Source: Gaiellaceae bacterium (GTDB lineage Bacteria > Actinomycetota > Thermoleophilia > Gaiellales > Gaiellaceae). Taken from it: a stretch of DNA of 64,000 nucleotides. The notes beneath the pieces are model-generated. The model saw nothing but the letters and a program-made list of their open reading frames with translations, did not search any database and was not told where the DNA came from. Made by a program: the position numbers and the translations under genes. The stretch lies in NCBI GenBank assembly GCA_036395295.1, contig DASWDJ010000195.1, forward strand, positions 2,283 to 66,282, written 5' to 3'. Shown here in pieces: positions 7,900 to 17,675 of the stretch; positions within the stretch are counted from its first letter, which is position 1; every line of letters begins with the position of its first letter.

Positions 7900-9252
7900 T
7901 CAGCGCTCAACGGCGAACAGGCGCCATTCCCCCGGAACGCCCTTCAGCTCGGCGGTGCCGCGCTCGCGGAAGCCGATCCCGGAGCCCGCGACGAGATCCT
8001 TGACCGTGCTCGAGACGAGGACCTCTCCCGGCGCTGCCTCCTTCGCGACCCGAGCTCCGATATGCACGGCGATCCCGCCGACCTTGTTGTCCAGCAGCTC
8101 GCACTCGCCCGTGTGCAGTCCTGCCCGCACTTCCAGACCGACCTCCTTCACCGCCTGGGTGACTGCACAGGCGCAGCGAATTGCCCGCGCGGGCCCGTCG
8201 AAGCTCGCGAAGAAGCCGTCTCCGGCCGTATCCAGCTCTGTGCCGCGGAACCGGCTGAGCTGACGCCGGATCAGGGAGTGGTGCTTACCGAGTAGCTCGC
8301 GCCAGCGGGCATCGCCAAGCTCTGTCGCCTTCGCCGTCGAGCCGACGATGTCCGTGAAGAGCACGGTTGCGAGCACCCGGTCGGGCTCCGCCTCCTCCCA
8401 GGCCCGCTCCTCCCAGGTCTCGGTCAGGAACTCCCCGATCGCGCGCAGGTACGAGTCCGAGTCGCCGACGAACGGCGCATGGTCGGAGCCGGGAAGCTCG
8501 GCATGTCTCGCTCCGGGGATCAGACGCGCTGCCACCCGGGATCCTTCCCGAAGCCACTCGGCCTCCTCCGCTCGGTTGACGACGAGCGTCGGCACCCGAA
8601 TGGCCGGGAGCACGTCGCGGACGTCGATGTCTCTGTTCATCCGGTTGAGCGCATCGAAGGCCCCCGGGCTCGCACCTTGCCTGAAAAGGGTGAGCAGTCC
8701 TTGCAGGTTTTCCTCGTCGAGAGTGGGAGCGAGCGACTGCAACATCTTCCGCATGAACTCGGGCTCACCCCAGCGGCGGCGCTCCTCCTCTGATCCTCGG
8801 TCCCAGTCTTCTTCGGTCCAGCCCCAGGGAAAGTCGGGCGCCCAAAGTGTGCGTATGAGCGCGCCACAGAGCACGAGCGCCCAGACCCGCTCCGGATACG
8901 TGGCGGCGAAGACCACGCTCATGGGCGCTCCCTCGGAGAGGCCGAGTACCGCTGCGCGTTCCGACCCGACGGCGTCCATGACGGCGCGCACGTCGTCCAT
9001 CCGCGTCTCGATCGTCGGCGCACCGGCAACCCGGTCCGACATGCCGGTCCCGCGCTTGTCGAAGATGATCAGGCGCGAGAACGAGGCCAGGCGCCGGTAG
9101 AAGTCCGCCAACGCCGGGACTTTCCACCCGAGCTCGGTGTGCGAGACCGAGCCCGGCACGAACACGAGGTCGAAGGGCCCGTCACCGACCACCTGGTAGG
9201 CGATGCTCACGTCGCCGCTGCGCGCGTAGCGGGTTTCCGGCTCCACTCGCAT
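7900..9252 (-). CDS. alpha/beta-hydrolase fused to a class III adenylate/guanylate cyclase catalytic domain (LipJ-like architecture)
   Basis: 450 aa counted from the ATG at 9252. The N-terminal half has GLSEGAP (a GxSxG nucleophile elbow). The C-terminal half has LATVLFTDIVGSTAKA...DTAGDGFFASF...GLHTGE...GIAVHIGARV. The 245-codon upstream extension of the tracked ORF reads as Arg/Gly-rich non-coding. Confidence 0.85.
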   Translation of the reverse strand: MRVEPETRYARSGDVSIAYQVVGDGPFDLVFVPGSVSHTELGWKVPALADFYRRLASFSRLIIFDKRGTGMSDRVAGAPTIETRMDDVRAVMDAVGSERAAVLGLSEGAPMSVVFAATYPERVWALVLCGALIRTLWAPDFPWGWTEEDWDRGSEEERRRWGEPEFMRKMLQSLAPTLDEENLQGLLTLFRQGASPGAFDALNRMNRDIDVRDVLPAIRVPTLVVNRAEEAEWLREGSRVAARLIPGARHAELPGSDHAPFVGDSDSYLRAIGEFLTETWEERAWEEAEPDRVLATVLFTDIVGSTAKATELGDARWRELLGKHHSLIRRQLSRFRGTELDTAGDGFFASFDGPARAIRCACAVTQAVKEVGLEVRAGLHTGECELLDNKVGGIAVHIGARVAKEAAPGEVLVSSTVKDLVAGSGIGFRERGTAELKGVPGEWRLFAVER

Positions 9253-9282
9253 ATTGTCGCTCGCCACGGTTAGATACGCACC

Positions 9283-10035
9283 ATGCTCCTCGCCGCGGTG
9301 GAGTACGCACGGCCCGGGACCGTTGACGAGGCGATCCGCCTGCTCGGGACGAGCGGCAACGCCCGGCCACTCGCCGGTGGCCAGACCCTGATCAACGTCA
9401 TGAAGGCGCGCGCGGCGCAGCCCGACCTGCTCGTCGATCTCGCCGACCTCGAGGAGCTGCTCGGGGTCTCGCTGAAGGACGGGAACCTCGAGATCGGTGC
9501 GATGACGACCTACGCGCAGCTCATGTCCTCGCCGGACGTCAACCGCGAGCGGCCGGTCATCGCCCGCGTCGCTTCCGAGATCGCCGACGTCCAGGTGCGC
9601 AACCGTGGCACGATCGGCGGCAACGTCTGCCTGAGCGACCCGACGAACCACTTCCCGCCGCTGATGGTGGCAATGGACGCGCGGATGACGATCGCGGGCG
9701 CGGACGGAACACGCGCGGTGCCGGCCGAGGACTTCTTCCTCGGTGTCTACATGACCGCTGTCCAGCCGGGCGAGCTGCTGACGAAGATCACGATTCCGCC
9801 CGCCGAGGGCGACGGGTTCGCCTCGGTGACCGTCGGCCGCGAGGGGACCTGCATCGTCAATGCGGCCGCGACCCGCAACGGCGAGACGCGCTTTGCCGTC
9901 GGCTGCGTCGCCGCGGTTCCGGTGACGAGCCTCGACGACCTCGACCCGCCCTCGGACGTGCACGGTACTGCCGAGTACCGGCGCCATCTCGCGAAGGTGC
10001 TCGTCGACCGCGCGATTGCAGAGGCCGGCGGATGA
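9283..10035 (+). CDS. molybdenum hydroxylase FAD-binding medium subunit (CoxM-like)
   Basis: VEYARPGTVDEAIRLLG...PLAGGQTLINVMK is typical of the FAD-binding molybdopterin dehydrogenase domain. It overlaps the next gene by 4 nt. Confidence 0.85.
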   Translation: MLLAAVEYARPGTVDEAIRLLGTSGNARPLAGGQTLINVMKARAAQPDLLVDLADLEELLGVSLKDGNLEIGAMTTYAQLMSSPDVNRERPVIARVASEIADVQVRNRGTIGGNVCLSDPTNHFPPLMVAMDARMTIAGADGTRAVPAEDFFLGVYMTAVQPGELLTKITIPPAEGDGFASVTVGREGTCIVNAAATRNGETRFAVGCVAAVPVTSLDDLDPPSDVHGTAEYRRHLAKVLVDRAIAEAGG

Positions 10036-10484
10036 ACATCTTCGTCGAGATCAACGGCGAGGCCTACGAGCGCGACGTCGACGCGCGCCGCCTGCTCATC
10101 CACTTCATTCGCGACGACCTCGACCTGACGGGCTCGCACGTCGGCTGCGACACCGGCAACTGCGGCGCCTGCACGATCCTCTTCAACGGCGCCGCGGTGA
10201 AGAGCTGCATGCTCCTCGCCGTCCAGGCGAATGGTGCCAAGATCGAGACCGTCGAGAGTCTCGCCCAGAACGGCGAGCTGCACGCCCTCCAGCAGGCCTT
10301 CTCCGACCACCACGCGCTCCAGTGCGGCTACTGCACTCCCGGGCTCTTGATGAGCGCGAAGCACCTGCTCGACCACAATTCGAGCCCGACCGAGGCCGAG
10401 ATCCGCAAGGCGATCCAGGGCAACATCTGCCGCTGTACCGGCTACGTGAACATCGTCGAGGCAATCAAGGCGGCGTCGAAGTGA
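10032..10484 (+). CDS. molybdenum hydroxylase [2Fe-2S] small subunit (CoxS-like)
   Basis: Two cysteine clusters are present: GCDTGNCGACT, and CGYCTPG plus NICRCTGY. Confidence 0.9.
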   Translation: MNIFVEINGEAYERDVDARRLLIHFIRDDLDLTGSHVGCDTGNCGACTILFNGAAVKSCMLLAVQANGAKIETVESLAQNGELHALQQAFSDHHALQCGYCTPGLLMSAKHLLDHNSSPTEAEIRKAIQGNICRCTGYVNIVEAIKAASK

Positions 10485-12952
10485 CCGAGACGACGACCGA
10501 GCCAATCGTCGTCGAGGAGACCGAGGTCAAGCCCGGCTTCATCGGCGTCTCGACCCCGCGCAAGGAGGACAAGCGCCTGGTCCAGGGCCAGGGCGTCTTC
10601 TTCGACGACGTCAAGCGCCACGGCATGGGCTACGTCCACTTCGTCCGCGCGCCGTACGCGCACGCGAACATCACCGCAATCGACGTTTCGAAGGCGGCCG
10701 AGCTCGACGGCGTCTACGGGACGCTGATCGGCGAGGAGGTGGCCGCGCTCACGGATCCGTTCTTCGAGCTCTCGACCCCGCCTGGCGCCGACATGAAGGA
10801 CTACGCGCTCGCCGTTGGCAAGGTGCGGCACATGGGCGAGCCGGTCGCGGCCGTCTGCGCCACGACCCGCGAGCTGGCCCGCGACGCCGCCGAGCTCGTC
10901 GAGGTCGAGTACGAGCCGCTGCCCGCGCTCGTCGACGCCGAGCAGGCGCAGGAGCCCGATGCGCCGATCCTGCACGAGGAGGCGGGCTCGAACGTCGTCT
11001 GGCAGGGCCTCTTCGACTGGGGCGACTACGACGCCGCGCGCGCCGAGGCCGACAAGGTCGTCAAGATCGACCGCCTCCACTTCGACCGCTTCTCGTCGAC
11101 GCCGCTCGAGTGTTCGGGCTGCGTCGTCGAGTACGACCGCGGCACGCAGCAGTGGACGCTCTTCGGCAACCACCAGATGCCCGGCATCGGGATCATCTGG
11201 ATGGCCCCGGCGCTGCGCGTCGGTACCGACAAGCTGCGCTTCGTCTCGCAGGACATCGGCGGCGGCTTCGGCAACAAGATCTGCCTCCATCCGCAGTTCA
11301 CGGCCTGCTGCCTGCTGGCGCGGAAGCTGAACCGGCCCGTGCAGTGGACGGAGTGGCGCACCGACCAGCACATGGCGAACGCGCACGGGAACGAGCGGAC
11401 GTTCCGCGACATCGAGGTGCCGGTGAAGGCCGACGGGACGATGCTCGGCTTCAAGGTGCGCGCGATCGACGACTGCGGCGCCTTCCCGCGCTACGAGCCG
11501 CTCGGCTGCATCATCTGGGCGCAGGTGACGCCTGGGCTCTACCGCTGGCGCAACATTCGCGTCGACTTCACGCAGACGGTGACGAACAAGTCGCCGGTCA
11601 GCCCGAACCGCGGCTACTCGCGCATGCAGCACCTCTGGCTGACCGAGCGGATCATGGACATCGTCGCGCATGAGCTCGACCTCGATCCCGTTGAGGTGCG
11701 CAAGAAGAACTACGTCAAGACCGAGGAGATGCCGTACGAGACGCCGAACGGCTGCGTCTACGACTCGGGCGACTACGTGCGCTGCCTCGACATGGCGCTC
11801 GAGCTGGTCGGATACGCGGGGATCGAGAAGCGGCGCGCCGACGCGGAGTCGCGCGGGAAGCTGCTCGGAGTCGGGATCGGCTCGACGCTCGACTCGGGCA
11901 CGAACAACTTCGCGCAGTCGCAGCTTCTGAACCCGGAGCTGCAGTTCTCGGGCAACAACGAGGTAGCGACGGTGAGGCTCGACATCTTTGGCGAGATCGT
12001 CGTCACGCTAGGGACAGTCCCCCAAGGGCAGGGCCACGAGACGGTCGCGTCCCAGCTCGTCGCCGACATGCTCGGCGTCACGCCCGACGACGTCCATGTG
12101 CGGGCCGGCCACGACTCGTACTGGAACTCGCACGCCGGCTTCTCTGGGACGTATGCGTCGCAATTCGCCGTCACCGGGCTCGGTGCCGTGAAGGGAGCGA
12201 CGGAGGTGCTCGCCGACCAGATCAAGCGGCTCGCCGGCGTGATCCTGGGCGGTGTCCCTGCCGATCAGATCGAGCTCGCCGAGGGCCACGCGCGGATCAA
12301 GGGCACGCCGGAAGCCGCGCTCCCCTTCATGGCCTGCGGCGCCATCATCAACATGAACAACGCCGGCCTCCCGCCCGAGCTCGACGACGTCGACCTGAAC
12401 TGCCGTTACGTGTACAAGCCGCCGTTCGAGGTGCCCGACAAGGAGCGCAAGTTCGGGAACCTGACGCTGACGTACGCGACGCAGGTGCACGCGTGCGTGG
12501 TCGAGGTCGACAAGGAGACGGGTGAGTACGAGATCGTCGACTACGCGGCCGTCGACGACTGCGGCAAGCGGATCCATCCGCAGATCGTCGAGGGCCAGGT
12601 GCACGGCGCCACCGCGCAGGCCTTGGGCGCGGCGATGCACGAGACGTTCTCGTACGACGAAGACGGGACGTTGCTCACCGCCAACTTTTACGACTACCAC
12701 GTGCCGCACGCCCTGGATATGCCGCCGCTGAAGACGGGCTACATCGAGTCGCCGTCGCCGTTCACGTCGCTGGGCACGAAGGGCATGGGGGAGGGCGGCG
12801 GCGCGGGCATCCATGCCGTATGCGCCGCGATCCAGGACGCGCTGCGGCCGGCCGGCGGGGCGATCGTCACGGACTCGCACAACCCGGGCTGGCGAGTGTG
12901 GGAGCTGCTGCAGAACCCGGAGGAGTCGCGAGCGGGAGTCAGCGTCGAGTGA
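10481..12952 (+). CDS. molybdopterin-binding large subunit of the xanthine dehydrogenase / CoxL family (non-canonical active-site loop)
   Basis: 823 aa from a GTG at 10481 (GTGA overlap with coxS-like). Carries the PRKEDKRLVQGQG N-terminus and the GGGFGNK motif. The active-site loop reads PNRGYSRM where form I CODH has VAYRCSFR. Confidence 0.9.
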   Translation: MTETTTEPIVVEETEVKPGFIGVSTPRKEDKRLVQGQGVFFDDVKRHGMGYVHFVRAPYAHANITAIDVSKAAELDGVYGTLIGEEVAALTDPFFELSTPPGADMKDYALAVGKVRHMGEPVAAVCATTRELARDAAELVEVEYEPLPALVDAEQAQEPDAPILHEEAGSNVVWQGLFDWGDYDAARAEADKVVKIDRLHFDRFSSTPLECSGCVVEYDRGTQQWTLFGNHQMPGIGIIWMAPALRVGTDKLRFVSQDIGGGFGNKICLHPQFTACCLLARKLNRPVQWTEWRTDQHMANAHGNERTFRDIEVPVKADGTMLGFKVRAIDDCGAFPRYEPLGCIIWAQVTPGLYRWRNIRVDFTQTVTNKSPVSPNRGYSRMQHLWLTERIMDIVAHELDLDPVEVRKKNYVKTEEMPYETPNGCVYDSGDYVRCLDMALELVGYAGIEKRRADAESRGKLLGVGIGSTLDSGTNNFAQSQLLNPELQFSGNNEVATVRLDIFGEIVVTLGTVPQGQGHETVASQLVADMLGVTPDDVHVRAGHDSYWNSHAGFSGTYASQFAVTGLGAVKGATEVLADQIKRLAGVILGGVPADQIELAEGHARIKGTPEAALPFMACGAIINMNNAGLPPELDDVDLNCRYVYKPPFEVPDKERKFGNLTLTYATQVHACVVEVDKETGEYEIVDYAAVDDCGKRIHPQIVEGQVHGATAQALGAAMHETFSYDEDGTLLTANFYDYHVPHALDMPPLKTGYIESPSPFTSLGTKGMGEGGGAGIHAVCAAIQDALRPAGGAIVTDSHNPGWRVWELLQNPEESRAGVSVE

Positions 12953-13413
12953 AAGTCGACGGCACGAAGACGTTCGAAGCCCCGCGCGAGACCGTCTGGG
13001 AAGTCCTGAACGACCCGGCCCGAATGGCGAAAACGATGCCGGGCGTCCAGGGCTTCGAAGTCCAAGACGACAAGCACTGGAAAGCGAACGTCGTGATCCC
13101 GCTAGGCCTGGGCGGCCTGAAAATGAGCATCAACTTCGAGAAGACGGAGGAGCGAAAGCCGGACTACGCGCGCCTCCACGCGAAGGGCACAGGCGTGGGC
13201 GCGATGCTCAGCATGGACACCCAGTTCGAGCTGAGCGAGTCCAGCGGCGCCACGGAGATGAAGTGGCAAGCCGACGTCCATCTCCTAGGCCAGGTGGGCT
13301 CAATGGGCCAACGCGTCCTGCAGCCCATCGTCAACCAGCAGGTCCAGAACGTGTTGGTAGCGCTTGATGGCCAGGTGCAAGAAGCGGCGGGCTCAAGGGC
13401 CCCATCCGGTTAG
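12949..13413 (+). CDS. CoxG-like SRPBCC family protein
   Basis: GTG at 12949 (GTGA overlap with the large subunit). VKVDGTKTFEAPRETVWEVLNDPARMAKTMPGV is a typical CoxG N-terminus. Confidence 0.8.
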   Translation: MKVDGTKTFEAPRETVWEVLNDPARMAKTMPGVQGFEVQDDKHWKANVVIPLGLGGLKMSINFEKTEERKPDYARLHAKGTGVGAMLSMDTQFELSESSGATEMKWQADVHLLGQVGSMGQRVLQPIVNQQVQNVLVALDGQVQEAAGSRAPSG

Positions 13414-13610
13414 AACTTCTCTTGCCAATGGCAGGGCTGCGTATCGCCACGGTGCGCCGCGTGGCCTCAGGCGCCGTACGCAGGCTCGGTTCCCGCGGCT
13501 GGGCAGATTCGTGCCGCTGTTTGAATCAGCGCTCGAGCGCGCCCCGGTCGATCACATGCGAGAGAACCAGACGGCGCACGCCAAGTTCGGCGGCGCCCCT
13601 GTGTCTCAGT

Positions 13611-15815
13611 TCAGTCCTCGTCGCGTTCCTCCGGCACCTCCACGGTGGTGAAGGCGACCGAGGTCTTGATGCTTCCCTCTCGCGTCTTGACGGTCAGCGT
13701 GGCGCGATGGTTTCCCGGCTTCGGGGCTTCGATGAACGCATCGAAACCGGTGGCAACCTCCTTATTGCCGATGACCCAGCTAGCCGCTTCGTCTGGCACT
13801 GGCTCACCGCTTGAATCAGTCGCCGCACCCCAGAGCCGCATCGGGCTTTGCGAAACGAACGTCTGATCTTCTCGAGGGCTAAGGATGCTCGCCTCTGCTG
13901 GCCGGCGTGGAACCGTCACGTTCAGTAGTCGAGAGGTGGCGGTGTAGAACCCGTCACTCACGAGCAGACGAATTGCCACCCGACCGGAGGGCAGACCGCC
14001 AGCGTCGAGTACGGCCGATCCCCCCCGCAGGCTCGCCCCGAGCGCGCGCCAGGTTCGACCGCGATCAGTCGACCACTGCGCCCAGCACTCCGGCTCCTGC
14101 TCGCTGCTTGTCTCCGCCGACCAGCTCAGGTCCAGCTCGCCACGCCTAAGCTTCGCGCTCGCCTGCGTGACTCTCGGCTTTCGCGCTGAGGCTGCGCGGC
14201 TCCAAAGGAGCTCACCCGCGCGCCGGATCCGGAGGAGAGCGCCGGCCTCCGCATCGGGGACGAAGGCCTGGACTAGCCGCGGGTAGGACTCGGCCTCATC
14301 ACTACCTCCCTCGTCGCAGCCGCAACCGCTGTGAGCATAGGAGCGGAGGCTGTAGACAGTCCCGCGTGCAACGATCCGGCCTTCTGCGTTTACGAGCTCG
14401 GCACGCATATCGAGAGCTCGGCCATTCGAGACCTCGCTCTCGGCGTCGAGTCGAAAGACACTCTGGATCTCCAGCTCGTCTGGGCCGTGGAGCACGCCAA
14501 TAATCGAGATCACAGGTAGCGGTGGCACGACACGCTCCAACCAAGGCGGCTCAGGCGGCGGATCCGGAAGCCACTTCTCTGGAATTAGTTGCCGGTCGTA
14601 AAGGATCTCGTCCCGCCACCAGGGACGATCGACACACGCTCGCACCGGATCCAGTGCGGCGTTGTTCGTGAGGCGGCCGTAGACGAAGAGCGAGACCCAC
14701 CGCGGCCCACAATAGGACATAAAATCCTTGAAGGTTGCAGGCGGCTTGATTGCGCCGTTACTGATGTCGATCCCGTACTCGCCGATCGACGCCGTCGGCG
14801 TTCCGGCCGGGTCGTATGGCTCGTAGGCAGGGTAGGCAGGATCGCCCGGCGTGCCGCACGGCGAGTGCGGACGGCCGCAGGCGTGCCCCAGCTCATGGGC
14901 CATCGTCACGCCATCCCCATTGGAGCCGGTGCTCACGCCGCCGCTGTTGCAGCCGATGATCGGGCCCATCGGGATGCCGTTCGCCATCAGGCCGTAGTAG
15001 AGAACGTCGGTCCTGTTGCCGTCGGCGATGCGCACCGCCTGGACGGCGCTGTTCAGCGCCACCCAGTTCGGGGAGCAGCAGCCGGGGCAGCTCGGTGGAT
15101 CGGTCAATGGCAGGTTCCAGGTGACTGTGCCGGCAGTCCGATAAGTGGCCGCACTACGGACTGGGAAGGTGAGCAGCGTCCAGGCAGCTGTCGTCTGCAG
15201 GTTCGCCAACGTGGGAGCGGCGAGGGTGACATTTGGTGCGCCGGGCGCGGTGCTGGTGGGCCCGTTGTAACCGATCATGATTCCGGCGAGGCGGAGCGTC
15301 TGGCGGAGCGTGGCGTCCAAGTAGACGCGGCGGTCCGAGACCCAGCCACGGGGACTCGTGATGTGCACGTCAAGCCGCAGGTTGCCGCACATCATTGAGG
15401 CCGGAATGATGAAGTTGAGCGTGTAGCCGAGCGTTCCGCGCTCGGTCGCATAAGGCGGGCTAACTCGTGCTGTCACCGTGCCGGGGGGTTGTGGCGAGAG
15501 CGTCCCGATGTTCTGCCAGAGGAACCCGAGCACGCGACGACGGACGGTGATCGTTCCCGTCACTCCTGGGAGGTCGCCCGAGAACCAGCTGCTGCGTACA
15601 TAGACCCGCACCCAGGCGGGCTTGCCTGCGATCAAGGTGACTGCGTTGTCTGGTTGTCGGTCTGCCGGGTCGGTCAGGTGGCGTGCGCTCTCGTAGTACT
15701 GGATCGCTTGTGTGACCTCCACGCCGTGGATACCCCAGCCCAGCCACGGCCACCTGGCGACGAGATCGCCTGGGTCAAACTCGCGGAGGACCGTGTCGAG
15801 ACGCGGGTCGGACAT
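13611..15815 (-). CDS. metzincin-type zinc metalloprotease with C-terminal Ig-like beta-sandwich domains and no recognisable signal peptide
   Basis: HELGHACGRPH (HExxHxxGxxH) lies at 14865-14897 (minus strand), and DFMSYC is a Met-turn candidate. The ATG at 15815 has GAAGGG 6 nt upstream. The ORF stays open to 15986 (alternative start). Confidence 0.7.
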   Translation of the reverse strand: MSDPRLDTVLREFDPGDLVARWPWLGWGIHGVEVTQAIQYYESARHLTDPADRQPDNAVTLIAGKPAWVRVYVRSSWFSGDLPGVTGTITVRRRVLGFLWQNIGTLSPQPPGTVTARVSPPYATERGTLGYTLNFIIPASMMCGNLRLDVHITSPRGWVSDRRVYLDATLRQTLRLAGIMIGYNGPTSTAPGAPNVTLAAPTLANLQTTAAWTLLTFPVRSAATYRTAGTVTWNLPLTDPPSCPGCCSPNWVALNSAVQAVRIADGNRTDVLYYGLMANGIPMGPIIGCNSGGVSTGSNGDGVTMAHELGHACGRPHSPCGTPGDPAYPAYEPYDPAGTPTASIGEYGIDISNGAIKPPATFKDFMSYCGPRWVSLFVYGRLTNNAALDPVRACVDRPWWRDEILYDRQLIPEKWLPDPPPEPPWLERVVPPLPVISIIGVLHGPDELEIQSVFRLDAESEVSNGRALDMRAELVNAEGRIVARGTVYSLRSYAHSGCGCDEGGSDEAESYPRLVQAFVPDAEAGALLRIRRAGELLWSRAASARKPRVTQASAKLRRGELDLSWSAETSSEQEPECWAQWSTDRGRTWRALGASLRGGSAVLDAGGLPSGRVAIRLLVSDGFYTATSRLLNVTVPRRPAEASILSPREDQTFVSQSPMRLWGAATDSSGEPVPDEAASWVIGNKEVATGFDAFIEAPKPGNHRATLTVKTREGSIKTSVAFTTVEVPEERDED

Positions 15816-16190
15816 CACAGGCCCTTCGGGGGAGCCGTGACCTTCGACTCGCGCTCGATCCTTGCAAGCTGCCGGTGGCCTCTCTTCGGCATTCCCGTGT
15901 CTCCTACCTGACGTGGCCTGCTCGGCCATTAACACGGCGCCGCAGCTTCCAGCGGTGAGTATCCGACCGAAGAGCGATTCTGTCAACTTCGAAATCGCTC
16001 TAGGCGACTAGTGGCAAAGCGCAGCTGCGAGGAAAGAGTGTGGCGTGCGGCGTCTTGAAACAGCCAGCCGGCCGCGACCACTTTGGAAGGAAGCACGCGA
16101 GCCTCCGAGCCCACCGAGTTCTCCACGAGAAGCACAGCTCCCCCACCATGATCGGCGTCTCGAACGCGAAGCTCGCGAACCCTGTCTCGC

Positions 16191-16232
16191 CGGAAAGGAG
16201 GTGGCGGAAAGGGGTGTGGCGGAAAGGGGTGT
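16191..16232 (+). repeat. three tandem copies of a 14-15 bp unit CGGAAAGG[A/G]G[G]TGTGG
   Basis: cggaaaggaggtgg / cggaaaggggtgtgg / cggaaaggggtgt read directly, abutting the inverted repeat at 16233. Confidence 0.8.
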
Positions 16233-16363
16233 CAGGTCTTGCATTTGAGCGTCCGCCGCTCCGCTTTAGTCTCAGACTTCGGCTTCAATCGCCAGCGAAA
16301 GACTCAGTGTCGACGACTCATCACATTCCCCTGGGCAAAGCGTGTGCGTGAATGCAAGACCTG
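16233..16363 (+). repeat. 13-bp perfect inverted repeat enclosing 105 nt (long stem-loop) upstream of the IS110 transposase
   Basis: CAGGTCTTGCATT (16233-16245) pairs with AATGCAAGACCTG (16351-16363). Confidence 0.7.
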
Positions 16364-16629
16364 TCTGTGAGACTCCGGCGCAGTTCCGTCTGGGGACCTT
16401 GCCAGGCTCGCACCGATGCTCTTTGCCCGTGACCCAAGACCGGACCGACCCGCTGCGGCGGTGTCCTTCCTGGTGATCTGTCCGGGTGAGGAGCTCGGTG
16501 CCGGCCTGACGCCGTTTGCTGGCCTGATCAGAAGCCTGTCCGCCTCGGCGTGACCCATCACAGTCCTGCCGCGCGGTGTGCCCCAGACCGACACCCGAGC
16601 CAATCCCCCCACACGCTGGAGGTACGGAC

Positions 16630-17675
16630 ATGCTCGCAGATGAGCTGGACTTCGTCATCGGCGTCGACAGCCATCGCGACGCCCACGCGCTCGCCTTCGT
16701 CTCGGCGAGACGGGCGCACTGCTCGCCGAGGCCGAGCTTCCGGCAAGCGCGCCCGGCTACCGGCGCGCGCTCGCGCTCGCCGAGTGGCTCGCGCCTGCTG
16801 GCCGCCTCTGGGCGATCGAGGGCACGGGCAGCGACGGCGCCGGCCTGACCCGCTTCCTCGCCGGTCGCGGCGAGCGCGTGCTCGAGATCGAGCGCAGGGC
16901 GCGCGAGCCGCGTCGGGCAGGAGCGAAGTCGGACCGCATCGATGCGCTGAGAGCAGCGCGCGCGGCGCTTGCGCACGCGCGCCTGGCGGTTCCGCGTGCG
17001 GCCGGGCAGCGCGAGCCGCTGCGGGCGCTGCTGAGCACACGCGAAGGCGCCGTCGGTGCCCGCCGCGCCGCCCTCAATCAGCTGCGGGCGCTGCTGGTCA
17101 CAGCACCGGAGCCGCTCCGCGCACGCCTGCGCGGGCTGAGCGAGGCGCGGTTGCTTGCGGCCTGCACGCGCCTGCGCCCAGCGACCAGCCGCCATCCCGG
17201 GCAGCGCGGGCTTGCGATCGCGCTCCGGGCCTGCGCGCGCCGCGTGCGGAGCACCAGTGCCGAGGCCGGAGAGCTGAAGCGGGAGCTCGAGCTGCTCGTT
17301 GGCGAGCTCGCACCGCAGCTCCTTGCCGAGGAGGCTGTGGGGCCGATCTGCGCCGCCCAGCTCGTTGTCTCCTGGTCGCACGCCGGGCGTTTCGCGAGCG
17401 AGGCCGGCTTCGCCCGCCATGCCGGAGCGGCGCCGATTCCCGCCTCCTCCGGCCAGGTCGTGCGCTCCCGGCTCGACCGCGGGGGCGACCGTCAGCTGAA
17501 CCGCGCCCTGCACACGATCCTCGTCGCACGGCACAAGCGGCACGCGCCGACGATCGCCTACATCGAGCGGCGGCGCAGCGAGGGCAAGAGCGTGCGCGAG
17601 GCGCTTCGTTGTCTCAAGCGCTTCCTGGCTCGCCACCTCTTCCGACTGCTCGAGGCTGGTCCGTTGGCGACTTGA
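16630..17675 (+). pseudogene. IS110-family transposase interrupted by a 1-nt frameshift near 16707
   Basis: GGAGG lies 7 nt upstream of the ATG at 16630. Frame 1 reads MLADELDFVIGVDSHRDAHALAFVSA. Frame 3 continues ETGALLAEAELPASAPGYRRALALAEWLAPAGRLWAIEGTGSDGAGLTRFLAGRGERVLEIERRAREPRRAGAKSDRIDA... and runs into the Transposase_20-like C-terminus. The span is 1046 nt, one short of 349 codons. Confidence 0.8.

Noticed and set aside
9253-9987. N-terminal extensions of tracked ORFs: 7900-9987, 10016-12952, 20913-22691, 36939-38159, 42561-43487, 46113-47780, 52991-54187, 57543-59153, 32895-34358, 34276-35592.
   Set aside because: The homologous, motif-bearing part begins at an internal ATG/GTG that is preceded by an RBS or coupled by an ATGA/GTGA overlap to the upstream gene. 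The extensions overlap neighbouring genes and read as low-complexity sequence.
10481-12952. Calling the operon a carbon monoxide dehydrogenase (coxL).
   Set aside because: The diagnostic AYxCSFR loop of form I CODH is replaced by PNRGYSRM, and no coxDEF-type accessory genes are present. Only the generic molybdenum hydroxylase family call is supported.
16008-16351. ORFs spanning the tandem repeats upstream of the IS110 transposase (16008-16244 minus strand, 16040-16351 plus strand).
   Set aside because: Their repetitive peptide sequence (RWRKGVWRKGV / TPLSATPLSAT) is just the translation of the 15-bp DNA repeat. There is no RBS and no coding bias.
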